Part shown: one piece after another, positions 28,830 to 39,707 of the stretch
Position numbering within the stretch: the stretch's first letter is position 1
Layout: each line of letters begins with the position of its first letter
From: an uncultured Bacillota bacterium
Lineage (GTDB): Bacteria; Bacillota; Clostridia; Lachnospirales; Lachnospiraceae
Direction of reading: 5' to 3'
DNA: 64,000 nt
NCBI GenBank assembly: GCA_949291945.1
Contig: CASEXH010000010.1
Span: 44,482-108,481 of the forward strand
Notes under the pieces: model-generated
Told to the model about the DNA's origin: nothing
Seen by the model: only the letters and a program-made list of their open reading frames with translations
The model's database searches: none
Made by a program: the position numbers and the translations under genes

Positions 28830-29411
28830 ATGAAAAAAGAAAATCGAAAACTTGCCCAGCAGCGCCGGGCCCAGGAAAGGAAAAAACAGGAAAAGGTAAG
28901 AAAATTGAAAAAATTTCTGGCCTGGTTTATTCCAAGCATTCTGATCCTTCTTCTGGTCATTGTTCTGGTGGCAGATGCCGTAAGAAATTCCGGTTCTGAG
29001 GATTCTCAGGAAACGGAAAGCACCGAGAGTACTTCTGATACCAGTTCAGAGGATAGCAGTTCCGAAGACAGCAGCACAGAAGACTCCCAGGAAAGCGATA
29101 CTTCCGGCACCTCCACCCTTTCTACAGATACCTCCCTGACTGTGGAGGACGGAGATACTGTCAACATCGACTATGTAGGTTCCATTGACGGAGTAGAGTT
29201 TGACGGCGGCAGCACTAATGGACAGGGCACAGATCTGACCATCGGCTCCGGACTTTATATTGACGACTTTGAAGAGCAGCTCATCGGATCCCATCCGGGA
29301 GATACCGTGGAAGTAAACGTTACCTTCCCGGATGACTATTCTTCCGAAGATCTTCAGGGACAGGATGCCCTTTTTGAGGTGACCATTAACGGCATCTATC
29401 AGAACGATTAA
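28830..29411 (+). CDS. Membrane-anchored FKBP-type PPIase (trigger-factor-like domain)
   Basis: Basic N-terminus, one TM helix, Ser/Asp/Glu linker, then GDTVNIDYVGSIDGVEFDGG...IGSGLYIDDFEEQLIG. Confidence 0.88.
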   Translation: MKKENRKLAQQRRAQERKKQEKVRKLKKFLAWFIPSILILLLVIVLVADAVRNSGSEDSQETESTESTSDTSSEDSSSEDSSTEDSQESDTSGTSTLSTDTSLTVEDGDTVNIDYVGSIDGVEFDGGSTNGQGTDLTIGSGLYIDDFEEQLIGSHPGDTVEVNVTFPDDYSSEDLQGQDALFEVTINGIYQND

Positions 29412-29428
29412 CTGTAAAACGAAAATCA

Positions 29429-29475
29429 GGAAAATCCCCCGGATAAAGGCTGGAAACTTTATCCGGGGGATTTCC
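29429..29475. terminator. Bidirectional intrinsic terminator
   Basis: AAATCCCCCGGATAAAG / CTTTATCCGGGGGATTT inverted repeat between convergent genes. Confidence 0.8.
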
Positions 29476-29564
29476 TTTGTTTTTATTTATTTTGCAGGAC
29501 ACTCATGATACCAGCATACTTTCTATGGAAAGTATGACCGTTGATCCGGTCTCCTGGTATCATC

Positions 29565-30425
29565 TTATTTAATAGCTCCCTCTACCATACCATGCATGAT
29601 CTGTTTCTGTGCAAACAGGAAGATAATGACCATAGGAATGATAGCCAGCAGTGCTGCTGTCAGGATCAGATCCCATTGTTTTACATAGGAACCTACAAAT
29701 GCCTGCACTGCAACGGGAAGAGTTTTCACTCTTCCATTCTGCCCCAGCATAAGGGAAGGCAGCAGATAATCGTTCCAGATCCACATACCGTTCAGAATGG
29801 TGACTGTGGTGATAACCGGTTTCAGCAGAGGGAAGATGATTCTGAAGAAGATTCCCTCCGGAGAACAGCCGTCAATATTGGCAGCCTCTTCCAGCTCATA
29901 TGGGATATTCTTAATAAAACCGGTGAGGATAAACACCGTCATGGCACCGCCGAATCCACAGTATGCAAATACAATTCCAGGTATAGACTGGAGCATGGAA
30001 ACTCCGATAAACTCTCCCACGTCACGGAAAGTAGAGATCAGAGGCAGCATAACTACCTGGAAAGGAATAATCATAGAAGCAATAAATACCATATAAATTG
30101 CCGTGGACCATTTTGTCTTATTCCGGCAGATGACCCAGGCGGCCATACTTCCGAATAATGCCAGAAGAACCAGAGAAATCACAGTAATAGCCAGTGAAGT
30201 TCCAAAAGCATACCAGAAATTAAAGTTTGAGTTATTGATTACATTGGACAGGTTCGTGGTCCACTGTGAAAAACTTGCTCCGATAAAAGAAATCGGACTT
30301 GCAACAATATCATTGGCATTTTTGAAGGAGTTCATTAATACCAGATAGAAAGGAAACAAAGTGTAGACTGCAACAAAAATCGCAACTACTGTAATTACGA
30401 CAGAAATCACTGTTTTCTTCTTCAT
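29565..30425 (-). CDS. Carbohydrate ABC permease (MalG-type)
   Basis: IPYELEEAANIDG, GMWIWNDYL. Confidence 0.93.
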   Translation of the reverse strand: MKKKTVISVVITVVAIFVAVYTLFPFYLVLMNSFKNANDIVASPISFIGASFSQWTTNLSNVINNSNFNFWYAFGTSLAITVISLVLLALFGSMAAWVICRNKTKWSTAIYMVFIASMIIPFQVVMLPLISTFRDVGEFIGVSMLQSIPGIVFAYCGFGGAMTVFILTGFIKNIPYELEEAANIDGCSPEGIFFRIIFPLLKPVITTVTILNGMWIWNDYLLPSLMLGQNGRVKTLPVAVQAFVGSYVKQWDLILTAALLAIIPMVIIFLFAQKQIMHGMVEGAIK

Positions 30426-31495
30426 TACATTTCAACCTCCTTCTTATTTGATATACGTACCTGCACCAGAGATACTACTGCAAGAATGATAAAGAAGAAC
30501 ACTGCTTTGGCCTGACCCATAGCATAATTGTCCTTGGATATAGCCGTGTTATAAATGTTCAGCGCCAGCATCTGGGTACCGTTGGTCAGATAACTTCCCA
30601 TAAAGTCGGCAACAGAGCCGGAACCATTTGTCAAAGCCATATTCACATCGAACTGCTTGAAGGCCGATGTCAGCGTCAGGAAGGTACAGATGGTAATGGT
30701 TGATGCGATCATTGGAATTTTAATCTTAAACAAGGTTTGAATCCGGTTAGCACCATCTATCTGCGAAGCTTCCAGCACATCTTTTGGCACCTGTGTAAGG
30801 CCGGTAATGTAAATCAGCATGATGTAACCTGCATACTGCCAGATGTAAACTACGATGATACCTGCAAAAGCAGTGCTTGTAGTAGACAGGATCGATGCCT
30901 GGTTTCCGGATATTTTCTCTGTAATTTCGGTAAGAACGTTATTAAATACAAATTGCCAGATGTAACCGAGAACAATACCGCCGATCAAGTTTGGCAGGAA
31001 ATAGGAAGCCCTGAAGAATCCCAGACCTTTCAAATTTGAAGTACACAGAAGGGCCAGAAGAAATCCCACAACATTCACCAGGATCATATTAAATACCACA
31101 AAGAGAATCGTAATCAGGATTGACCAGATAAAACTCGGCTCATTAAACATAGTGGTATAATTCTCCAAGCCGATAAATTTATTAAAGCGAATACCATTCC
31201 AATCCGTAAGAGAATAGAAAACACCTAAAACCAGCGGAATGATCACTGTTACAGCAAAAGTAAATAAAAGCGGGAACAAAAACAATACATTAATAATCTT
31301 TCTGTGATTTTTCACAGTCGGATAGAGATATGCCCCGACAATAATAGCTACCGCTCCAATAATCAGCATAGGTCCGCGGAATGTCAATGGGCTTCCTGTA
31401 AAATCCAGGATCAATGCTCCCACCAGAAGACAAACGCCGCCAATCAGAAGAATCAGAGATAAAATCCTCCTGCCTGCAGTGCTTTGAGTACTCAT
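30425..31495 (-). CDS. Carbohydrate ABC permease (MalF-type)
   Basis: YSLTDWNG, FIGLENY, EASQIDGA. Confidence 0.93.
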   Translation of the reverse strand: MSTQSTAGRRILSLILLIGGVCLLVGALILDFTGSPLTFRGPMLIIGAVAIIVGAYLYPTVKNHRKIINVLFLFPLLFTFAVTVIIPLVLGVFYSLTDWNGIRFNKFIGLENYTTMFNEPSFIWSILITILFVVFNMILVNVVGFLLALLCTSNLKGLGFFRASYFLPNLIGGIVLGYIWQFVFNNVLTEITEKISGNQASILSTTSTAFAGIIVVYIWQYAGYIMLIYITGLTQVPKDVLEASQIDGANRIQTLFKIKIPMIASTITICTFLTLTSAFKQFDVNMALTNGSGSVADFMGSYLTNGTQMLALNIYNTAISKDNYAMGQAKAVFFFIILAVVSLVQVRISNKKEVEM

Positions 31496-31598
31496 GCACT
31501 ACTCCTCCTTTCTCAAATCAAGGTCAAGATAGAGAAAGAACGGGCAGCGGATGAAGACCGCCACCCGTTTTTTCTTTTACCTGGTATAGTTTTATCTA

Positions 31599-32918
31599 TC
31601 AGCCTGCATATGCACTCTGCAGTACCTGCTGCATTGTAGATACAAATCCGTCTACATCCAGGTTCCCTGCTGCAAAGTCACCGAATACCTGTCCTGTGTA
31701 GTTCTGTGCCAGACCTTCTGTCATCTCCAGCCAATGCCATGCAGAAGTTTTTTCTGCATTCTGGTAATCTGTAATTGTCTGTGCAAACGGATCGCTTGCC
31801 ACATATTCGCAGGATTTGAATGGGCTGATAAAGCCAGCCTCTTCAACCAGAATCTGCTGAGCTGTAGACTCAGAACACCACTGAATAAAATCAAGAGCAG
31901 CATCTACATTTTCGCTTTCACTGTAGATGGACCACCAGGACGGAGCGTTTGTCAGGATCGTATCAATTCCTTCCTCAAAAGTATACGGAATCATGCCGAC
32001 TTCAAAGTTTCCGGCTGCTTCATAAGCATCTGCATCGGCGGAAGTCATAGTAGCTCCGATCCAGGAACCCTGGGTAACAAAAGCATATTTGCCGGAAGCA
32101 AAGTTCAGGATCTGCTGATCGTATGTACCGGATACCAGCAGAGACGGATCTGAATACTCCTGGAAAAGCTGTACCATCTCAGCAAAGTCTGTCATACGGT
32201 CTGTATCAATCTGTCCGCCGTCATTCAACATATCAATATAGGTTGTATCGTCCCGGTCAAGACCTGCATCCAGGTAGTTTGCAAAAAGGTGGTTTCCTGT
32301 AGACCAATACAGGGAAGCAACCTCAGCGCAATAACCCACTACTGCGGTAAGTCCCAGTTCATCTTTCTTTGCTTCCAATGTTTCAAAGGCCTGTCTCAGG
32401 GAATCCGGACCTGTGATAGAAGCCGGGTCAATGCCGGCCTGATCCAGAATGTTCTTGTTATAGCTCAAGCCGATAGCTTCTACTGTATATGGGAATCCGA
32501 TGGTTCCATACTCTTCATCCACATATGCCTGGTCTGTATCAGAAACCCATGCCTGATCGCTCATATCTACCAGCATACCTTCCCAGTTTTCAAAATCAGG
32601 AATACTTCCATTTACAAAGATATCCGGCATATTGCCGCCCTGATAATAACCTTTCAGCGTACCCTGGATATCAACGCCGCCGCCCATGGACTCGATCTCC
32701 ACTTTCACGCCGGTTTCTTCTTCATAAACAGAAGCCAGTTTCTTTAACTGCTCGTCTACCTCAATCTTTCCGTTTACCAGACGAAGTGTTGTTCCGCTGG
32801 AAGATCCGGAATCTGAGCTTCCGGAATCGCTGCTTCCGCTGTCAGAGCCGCCTCCGCCGCAGGCTCCCAGTGACAGTACCATTGTTCCTGTCAGTAAAAG
32901 TGCTAATAATTTCTTCAT
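31599..32918 (-). CDS. Carbohydrate ABC substrate-binding lipoprotein
   Basis: Lipobox LGAC, GFPYTVEAIGLSYNK, FVTQGSW. Confidence 0.92.
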   Translation of the reverse strand: MKKLLALLLTGTMVLSLGACGGGGSDSGSSDSGSSDSGSSSGTTLRLVNGKIEVDEQLKKLASVYEEETGVKVEIESMGGGVDIQGTLKGYYQGGNMPDIFVNGSIPDFENWEGMLVDMSDQAWVSDTDQAYVDEEYGTIGFPYTVEAIGLSYNKNILDQAGIDPASITGPDSLRQAFETLEAKKDELGLTAVVGYCAEVASLYWSTGNHLFANYLDAGLDRDDTTYIDMLNDGGQIDTDRMTDFAEMVQLFQEYSDPSLLVSGTYDQQILNFASGKYAFVTQGSWIGATMTSADADAYEAAGNFEVGMIPYTFEEGIDTILTNAPSWWSIYSESENVDAALDFIQWCSESTAQQILVEEAGFISPFKSCEYVASDPFAQTITDYQNAEKTSAWHWLEMTEGLAQNYTGQVFGDFAAGNLDVDGFVSTMQQVLQSAYAG

Positions 32919-32953
32919 ACTTTTCCCTTCCTTTCTTTACACTTTTTGTTTTA

Positions 32954-34624
32954 TCAAATGGACCAAACCATGGCTTCCCAGGGTTTCATCTCCATTTTTC
33001 TGGCCAGTTCCTGTTTTTCATAATTTCCGATCAGTCTTTCAGATTTCTGCCAGGAAACTGATTCCGGCACCTGGAACGGCACTTTTTCATCAGACACATT
33101 GCATATAACGAGAAGTTTTTGTCCTTCGTACTCTCTTATATAGGCAAACACATAGGGATCCTCCGGTGCCAGCAGCTCATAATGCCCATATACAATAAGA
33201 TCCGACCATTCACTGGATCTGCGCAGGGCAATCAGCTTCCGGTAATAATGGAACACGGAATCCGGATCTGCCATTTCTTTTTCCGCATTGATCTCTGTAT
33301 AATTGGGATTTACCATGATCCAGGGAGTTCCCTCTGTAAATCCTGCATTTTTCTTATCATTCCACTGCATAGGAGTACGGGCATTGTCCCTGCTCTTGTA
33401 GGCAATACATTCCAGCAGCTCTTCCGGCTGGCGAAGTCCCGCCTCTGTAAGCTCATGATAAGCATTGATACTTTCCAGATCCCGATAATTTTCAATAGGT
33501 CCGAAGGGGCAGTTGGTCATTCCCAGTTCCTCTCCCTGATATACGTAAGGGGTTCCCTGCATCATATGCAGGATCGTCCCGATACATTTTGCAGACAGCG
33601 GAGAATCATCTCCCAGTCTTGAAACGATTCTTGGCTGATCATGGTTGCAGAAGTAGAGAGAATTCCAGGCAATATCTTCCAGTTCCCTCTCCCACTTGCT
33701 GAGATTTTCTTTAAGCTCCGGCAGTGAGATCCTTCTCTTACACCACTTATCTGACGGACCGGCATCCAGAGAAGTATGCTCAAACTGGAATACCATATTC
33801 AGCTCTGTGTTTTCTGCATTGGCATATTTTTTGGCTTCTTCAATGGTTACCCCCGCACATTCTCCTACGGTCATCAGATCGTATTTGGATAATACTCTCT
33901 GGTTCATTTCCTGAAGATATTCGTGAACATGGGGGCCATTGCAGGTACCATACATACAGTTTCCATATAAGCCGCCGTCTGTAGGTACATCAGGGAGTCC
34001 CTCTTTTTTTGAGATCATAGAAATTACATCCATACGGAATCCATCGATTCCTTTTTGGCACCACCAGTCCATCATGGCAAATATATCATCCCGGACTTTG
34101 GGGTTTTCCCAGTTCAGATCCGGCTGCTTTTTGGAAAAACAGTGGAGATAATACATCTGTGTCTCCTCATCCCACTGCCAGGCAGAGCCTGAAAAAGAGC
34201 TTCCCCAATTATTTGGTTCATGGCCATCTACTGCATCCCTCCAGATATAATAATCTCTTTTCGGGTTATCTCTGGAAGAACGGCTCTCAATAAACCATGG
34301 ATGCTCATCAGAAGTATGGTTTACTACCAGATCCATCACAATTCGGATTCCCCGGTCATGGGCAGCTTCCAGAAGTTCATCAAAATCCTTCATGGTGCCA
34401 AATTCTGTCATAATATCCTGATAATCAGAAATATCATAGCCATTGTCATCATTCGGAGATTTATAAACCGGACTGAGCCAGATTACATTAATTCCCAGTT
34501 CCTTCAGATAATCCAGCTTGGAGCGGATGCCTTTCAGGTCGCCGATACCATCTCCGTCACTGTCACAGAAGGACCTTGGATAAATCTGATAAACGACACT
34601 TTCTTTCCACCAAGTCTTAGTCAT
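32954..34624 (-). CDS. GH13 oligo-1,6-glucosidase / alpha-glucosidase
   Basis: YQIYPRSF, DLVVNH, GFRMDVI, VGE, NHDQPR and SRDNARTPMQW. Confidence 0.93.
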   Translation of the reverse strand: MTKTWWKESVVYQIYPRSFCDSDGDGIGDLKGIRSKLDYLKELGINVIWLSPVYKSPNDDNGYDISDYQDIMTEFGTMKDFDELLEAAHDRGIRIVMDLVVNHTSDEHPWFIESRSSRDNPKRDYYIWRDAVDGHEPNNWGSSFSGSAWQWDEETQMYYLHCFSKKQPDLNWENPKVRDDIFAMMDWWCQKGIDGFRMDVISMISKKEGLPDVPTDGGLYGNCMYGTCNGPHVHEYLQEMNQRVLSKYDLMTVGECAGVTIEEAKKYANAENTELNMVFQFEHTSLDAGPSDKWCKRRISLPELKENLSKWERELEDIAWNSLYFCNHDQPRIVSRLGDDSPLSAKCIGTILHMMQGTPYVYQGEELGMTNCPFGPIENYRDLESINAYHELTEAGLRQPEELLECIAYKSRDNARTPMQWNDKKNAGFTEGTPWIMVNPNYTEINAEKEMADPDSVFHYYRKLIALRRSSEWSDLIVYGHYELLAPEDPYVFAYIREYEGQKLLVICNVSDEKVPFQVPESVSWQKSERLIGNYEKQELARKMEMKPWEAMVWSI

Positions 34625-34647
34625 GCAAATAGCTCCTCCTTGTTTAG

Positions 34648-34659
34648 TTTAGCGCTAAA
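34648..34659. promoter_or_regulatory. LacI-family operator
   Basis: Perfect palindrome TTTAGCGCTAAA with a central CG, just upstream of the GH13 RBS and divergent from the LacI gene. Confidence 0.65.
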
Positions 34660-34914
34660 TCTGCTAAGATTTTATACCTTTTTTCTACTTGAGTCAATAT
34701 TATTTTGCATTTTTTATATATTTCACATGTTTTTCTTAGTTATTTTGTATGTTTTGTACATCACTTTTATTTTTTCGTTTATTTGCCAGATTGATTTTTC
34801 TATTCCCTTTGTTAAAATTAAAGAATGAAAAATCATGAACAAAAAAATGCCTGTGTTTATCTTTAAGTTTTATTAAACCTTACAGGTAATTTTTTTCAGA
34901 AAGTTGGTGAATAA

Positions 34915-35943
34915 ATGAGCGAAGTGCGATTAAAAGATATTGCGGAAAAAGCCGGTGTAAGCATTATGACCGTTTCCAATGTGATCAATGGAAAACATGA
35001 CCGTGTGTCTGCCAAAACCATCGCCAAGGTCAATGCTCTTATAGAAGAGTATGGTTATATGCCAAATTTAAGCGCTCGTTCTTTAACTAATAAAGTTTCC
35101 CATATTATCGGAATCATCATATCGCCTTTCCACGGCGGCGAAGAAATCAATCACCTGGAAAATCCATATATCAGCGCCATGTTGGGGACCATTGAGATGG
35201 AATTACGCAAAAACGGATATTTTACCATGCTCCGTTCTGTTACAAATAAGTCCGATATACTTTCCCTGATCAAAAACTGGAATGTGGATGGGATCATCTT
35301 CCTCTATCCTGAGGCTATGGAATATATCCAGTCTTTTAAAGAGCTGCTGAAATGTCCTATTGCGATTTTTGACTGCGATCTGAAAGTTCCTGATATTATC
35401 AATGTTTCTACAGATGACTGGCATGGCCTGTATCTGGCTACAAGATATATGATCAGCCATGGTCATACACATATCGCCTTTGTATCCGATCCGGAAAATA
35501 ATCCTCTGATCTCAAGAAGATTTGAAGGATACCGTGCCGCTCTGAAAGAATGCGGCATTCCTTTCCGCCCGGAATATATTTATCCCTATTCCCCCACCTA
35601 TGAAGGTGGTATTGAAGCAGGAAAGGCCATTGCTCTGTCCGAAAATGAAATAACGGCAGCGGTGACCACTGCCGATATAGCTGCGATTGGAGTTATGGAA
35701 GGTGCCAGGCTTGGCGGATACCGAATACCTGTGGATCTGTCCGTCATGGGCTATGATGATCTGCCTATCTGTCAGTATACGACACCCAAGCTGACTACGA
35801 TCTCTCAGCATCTTGACCGGAAAGCCCGCCAATGTACCCAGCTTCTTCTTGAAAAAATAAAAACCGGAACGACAAGTACGCCTTCCAAGATTATCGTTGG
35901 AGTAGAACTGGTAGAACGTCAGTCTGTCATCTCTCTGTTTTAA
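34915..35943 (+). CDS. LacI-family regulator
   Basis: LKDIAEKAGVSIMTVSNVING, GYMPNLSARSL, DLSVMGYDD. Confidence 0.95.
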   Translation: MSEVRLKDIAEKAGVSIMTVSNVINGKHDRVSAKTIAKVNALIEEYGYMPNLSARSLTNKVSHIIGIIISPFHGGEEINHLENPYISAMLGTIEMELRKNGYFTMLRSVTNKSDILSLIKNWNVDGIIFLYPEAMEYIQSFKELLKCPIAIFDCDLKVPDIINVSTDDWHGLYLATRYMISHGHTHIAFVSDPENNPLISRRFEGYRAALKECGIPFRPEYIYPYSPTYEGGIEAGKAIALSENEITAAVTTADIAAIGVMEGARLGGYRIPVDLSVMGYDDLPICQYTTPKLTTISQHLDRKARQCTQLLLEKIKTGTTSTPSKIIVGVELVERQSVISLF

Positions 35944-37852
35944 CGATACGGGCAAAGATTTTTTTCTTTGCCCGACTTACCGAGAAGAAGCAGATAGCTG
36001 CAAAAAGTACCAGTACAAACAGGGCGCTCCACACATTTATCCGGATCAAATCCTCCTGCATAACTTCTCCCAATGCCCTGACGGAAAAGTAGGAGGATAT
36101 GGTCATCAGCAGGAAGGGGCAATAATAAGCAAAACAGATTTCATTTCTCACAGCCTTTCCCAATGTTTTCCGGGATATCCCCATTTTCTCCAAAATCTCG
36201 TATCTTTCCCTGTCCTCATAGGCTTCATTCCCGATCTTCAGGAAAATAATGCTCCCCGCCGCCAGCATCAACGTAACAAACATGAAGATACACAGAGAAT
36301 AGGTCACACGGATATAGCTGTCTTCATTTAAGGAATCCTCCGTATAGCTGACTCCCGTCATGCCCTCTTCTCCCTGCTGGACAAGCTCCTGGAGCCAGGG
36401 TCTGGAGGCATCTATATTGCTGGGGTTTTCCAGACGATAATTATAGATATAGAGCAGACTGCCCTGGCTTTTCAGTTCCTCGAAGGTTGTGTCCGACACT
36501 ATATAGGCCTCTGCATAGGTCTGGAGCTTTCCAAGATACGGAGTTGTGGTAACGTCCACCTCCTCATAGGTTTTCTCTCCGATATTTACATCTGCAGGTT
36601 CATTGGTGCCTGCCAGGCTGAAAAGAATCTCATGGGAAAGACCAACCACCTGGTCATCTTCCAGTTCCTTATATGGGAATTCCAGCCCGGCTCTCTCGGC
36701 GCCTTCTTTCACCTGGGAGTAAGGAGCCAGAACATACATTGTCTGGTTATATTTTGTGTGAAACATTTCTGAAGGCAGGTTTAAAAGGGTATATTCATTC
36801 CAGTATTCCACAGGATTTTCCTCTTCAATCCCCTGTAAAATTTCCTCCCCGTCCAGCGTCCCGTCATAGTTCACTACCTGACAGGAATAGACCTGATCAA
36901 AATTCTCCATTCTGTCGTACCGCTGTTTCAGAGCAATAGACAGGGCCATTAAAGTCACGGAACAGATCATCAAAACAGTCACCATAGCATAAGTCCGATA
37001 GTTCTTTTTTATCCGGAAAGCCAGATTATTGATCCACAGTGTTCTTTCTTTCCGGTAAAGGAATTTTTTACTTCTGGTAAGGAGTCTGAGGATCGCCGGT
37101 ATCAGCCCGGAATAGAGGAGATAAACCCCTAATATGACCAGGACTACCGCCTGTATCATACGCACAAGTCCCTGAGGTCCCCCTGTGTCCAGGGCGGCCA
37201 GATATCCCATAATGAGAGCTGCTGTTCCAGCCAGTATCCTGAGAGCAGTGATCACTTTATTTTCCTGACGAATTTCTTTTTGTCTGGCTCCTGACAGCAG
37301 ATTCAGCACGCTGCTGTTTTTAAGGGTATGGCAGCCTTTCAGGATCATAAATCCATAAATGATCAGGAACATTCCTCCTGTATTCAGTACCGGCTGAAGA
37401 GAGAAAGAAAACTCCACATCAACGCTGATCTCTGACAGTTTTAACAACAGCATCTGAAACAATTTTGAAAATAAAATGCCGAAGACCAGCCCAAAGATCA
37501 GTGAAAACAGTCCTACCATAGCGGATTCCAGGGCATACATCCTGCTGATCCGTTTATTGTCCAGTCCTATAAAAATATAAATGCCGATCTCTTTTTTCCT
37601 CTGGTTCAAAAACACATTGGTGGCATACCAGATAAAGAAGAAAAGAAAGACTGCAAACACCACGGAAGCTGCCTGGATTACAGTATCGATCAGATCCTTC
37701 CGGAATTCCATCAGCACATCCATAGCCTGGGAATAGATAACATTCTGAAAGTTAAAGAAAATAAACACAGAGAAGGACAAAGACAGGACCAATACCCCGA
37801 ATTCCCGCACACTTCTCTTAAAATTCCCCATTGCCAGCCGGAAAAGACTCAT
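35927..37852 (-). CDS. BceB-type (FtsX-like) antimicrobial-peptide resistance permease
   Basis: Ten-TM pattern with a large extracellular domain; RKKEIGIY and YEILEKMG. Confidence 0.88.
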   Translation of the reverse strand: MSLFRLAMGNFKRSVREFGVLVLSLSFSVFIFFNFQNVIYSQAMDVLMEFRKDLIDTVIQAASVVFAVFLFFFIWYATNVFLNQRKKEIGIYIFIGLDNKRISRMYALESAMVGLFSLIFGLVFGILFSKLFQMLLLKLSEISVDVEFSFSLQPVLNTGGMFLIIYGFMILKGCHTLKNSSVLNLLSGARQKEIRQENKVITALRILAGTAALIMGYLAALDTGGPQGLVRMIQAVVLVILGVYLLYSGLIPAILRLLTRSKKFLYRKERTLWINNLAFRIKKNYRTYAMVTVLMICSVTLMALSIALKQRYDRMENFDQVYSCQVVNYDGTLDGEEILQGIEEENPVEYWNEYTLLNLPSEMFHTKYNQTMYVLAPYSQVKEGAERAGLEFPYKELEDDQVVGLSHEILFSLAGTNEPADVNIGEKTYEEVDVTTTPYLGKLQTYAEAYIVSDTTFEELKSQGSLLYIYNYRLENPSNIDASRPWLQELVQQGEEGMTGVSYTEDSLNEDSYIRVTYSLCIFMFVTLMLAAGSIIFLKIGNEAYEDRERYEILEKMGISRKTLGKAVRNEICFAYYCPFLLMTISSYFSVRALGEVMQEDLIRINVWSALFVLVLFAAICFFSVSRAKKKIFARIVKTER

Positions 37853-38604
37853 TCCTGATCACCTCCCATAGAGGCCAGCATAGCCATGATCTCATCATAA
37901 AATCCTTTCCTGTTCTCCTGACGGTTGAGACAGCACTGGATCCTGCCGTCTTTGAGAAAATACACCTGTTTGGCATAGCTGGCGCAGTAGGCATCGTGGG
38001 TTACCATGACGATAGTGGCCTTTCCCGCCTCGTTGGCAGCCTTGAGACAGCAGAGCAGATCCCGCCCGGATTTAGAGTCCAAAGCCCCGGTAGGCTCGTC
38101 GGCAAAGAGGATCCTGGGATTAGTGATCAATGCTCTGGCGCTGGCCGCCCGCTGCTTCTGTCCGCCGGAAAGCTGGTAAGGATATTTTCCCAGATGGGAC
38201 TCCAGGCCGAAGACTGCAGCAGTTTCTCTCACCCGCTTTAAGATTTCTCCTGTCTTTACTCCGTTAAGGGACAGAGGAAGGGCGATGTTATCCTGGAGCG
38301 TCATATTATCCAGCAGATTATAATCCTGGAAAATAAAGCCGATCTTGTCTCTTCTCACCTGAGAAAGCTCCTTGTTTTTCATATCTACAATATTCTCTCC
38401 CTCCAGAAGGATCTCTCCTCTGGAAGGTTTATCCAGGGTGGAAAGCATGTTCAGTAGAGTGGTTTTTCCTGCGCCGCTGGGACCCATGATCCCGATAAAA
38501 TCCCCCTGGAAAATGTCCAGGCTGATATCCCGCAGCACCCAGGTCTGGTAACCTCTGCGGCCGTAGCTTTTTGATAGATTTCGGATTTCCAATATTTTGT
38601 TCAT
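37849..38604 (-). CDS. BceA-type ABC ATPase
   Basis: GPSGAGKT, YPYQLSGGQKQR, DEPTGALD. Confidence 0.92.
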   Translation of the reverse strand: MNKILEIRNLSKSYGRRGYQTWVLRDISLDIFQGDFIGIMGPSGAGKTTLLNMLSTLDKPSRGEILLEGENIVDMKNKELSQVRRDKIGFIFQDYNLLDNMTLQDNIALPLSLNGVKTGEILKRVRETAAVFGLESHLGKYPYQLSGGQKQRAASARALITNPRILFADEPTGALDSKSGRDLLCCLKAANEAGKATIVMVTHDAYCASYAKQVYFLKDGRIQCCLNRQENRKGFYDEIMAMLASMGGDQE

Positions 38605-38711
38605 TTCTATATTACCTCCTGTCTGTATATCAGAATAGCAGAGAGGCCGCTAAAAATCCTTACATCTGCCTGACAGTTTCTGACCCTTTCTAACATTTCT
38701 GAAAGATACCT

Positions 38712-39707
38712 TTATAAAAACAAGTGCTCTGAAAGATCCTGAAACCGAAGCTCAAACCGGCTCCCCATCCCCGGTTCGGAAATGACCCTGATCTCTATAT
38801 GAAGGAGTTCGCAGATTTCTTTAACAAAATACAGACCCATTCCTGTAGAACGGTAATCCCCTTTCCGGTGATTTCTTCCCACAAAGCCTTTCTGGAAAAT
38901 ATAAGGCAGATCCTGAGAAGCAATCCCCAGTCCATTATCCTTCACATACAAAACGGCGCATCCCTGTTCTTCCTGTATAGCTTTAAAAGCAAGGATGGGA
39001 TACTGACTCCGGTATTTTACCCCGTTTTGTATCAGCTGATCCAGAAGATAGACCAGCCATCTTTTATCTGTATATACCTGGATTTTCCCTACTTCTTCCT
39101 CTATCTGAAAATTATGATGTATGAGAAAATAGGACTGATTTTTCAGGGCTTCTCCCAAGGCTTCTTTCAGAAAAATCTTTTCGAAACGGACGTCATGTTC
39201 CGGACGGTGAAGCTTGCTTCCAAGCACCACTGTATGGATCAGGCTTTCCAACCTGGCAATGCTGTCCTTCATCTGGCGGCTGGCTTCCCGGTCCTGATTC
39301 CGTTCATTGACCAGCTTTAAAGCCGCCAGGGGAAGCTTCGCCTCATGGGTCCATTTCCCGATATAATCGGTCAGATCCTCCTGTTCCCTGAGCAACCTCC
39401 GGGTTTCCTTTTGGTGCTCTTCTTCCTTTTCTTTTATATATGCGGCTGTTCTTTTTCCAAAGAGTTTTTCCTGTTCTTCAAACGTCAGAGAAATCCTTCC
39501 TTCCAGGTAGTCCCCTGCCTTTTTCCAGCGGAAAAAGTCCCATAAAAAGCCTCCGAAAGCTCCCGCTAAAAGGAGCAGGTTCAGGTACAGAAGATCCTGA
39601 AAATAAAGGTAGGAGGCACATAAAAAAGCCAGATAAAAATCCATAAAGCACCACAGAAAAAGCAGGATCAGAAAGATTCCTGCCCTGTCTTTTAAATAGT
39701 CTTTCAT
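38712..39707 (-). CDS. BceS-type intramembrane sensor histidine kinase
   Basis: Two closely spaced TMs, WTHEAKLP, QLIQNGVKY, DNGLGI and GMGLY. Confidence 0.9.
   Translation of the reverse strand: MKDYLKDRAGIFLILLFLWCFMDFYLAFLCASYLYFQDLLYLNLLLLAGAFGGFLWDFFRWKKAGDYLEGRISLTFEEQEKLFGKRTAAYIKEKEEEHQKETRRLLREQEDLTDYIGKWTHEAKLPLAALKLVNERNQDREASRQMKDSIARLESLIHTVVLGSKLHRPEHDVRFEKIFLKEALGEALKNQSYFLIHHNFQIEEEVGKIQVYTDKRWLVYLLDQLIQNGVKYRSQYPILAFKAIQEEQGCAVLYVKDNGLGIASQDLPYIFQKGFVGRNHRKGDYRSTGMGLYFVKEICELLHIEIRVISEPGMGSRFELRFQDLSEHLFL

Noticed and set aside
28981-29130. Ser/Asp/Glu-rich repeats in the FKBP protein and SDSGS repeats in the sugar SBP (~32790-32850)
   Set aside because: Ordinary low-complexity linkers of membrane-anchored proteins.
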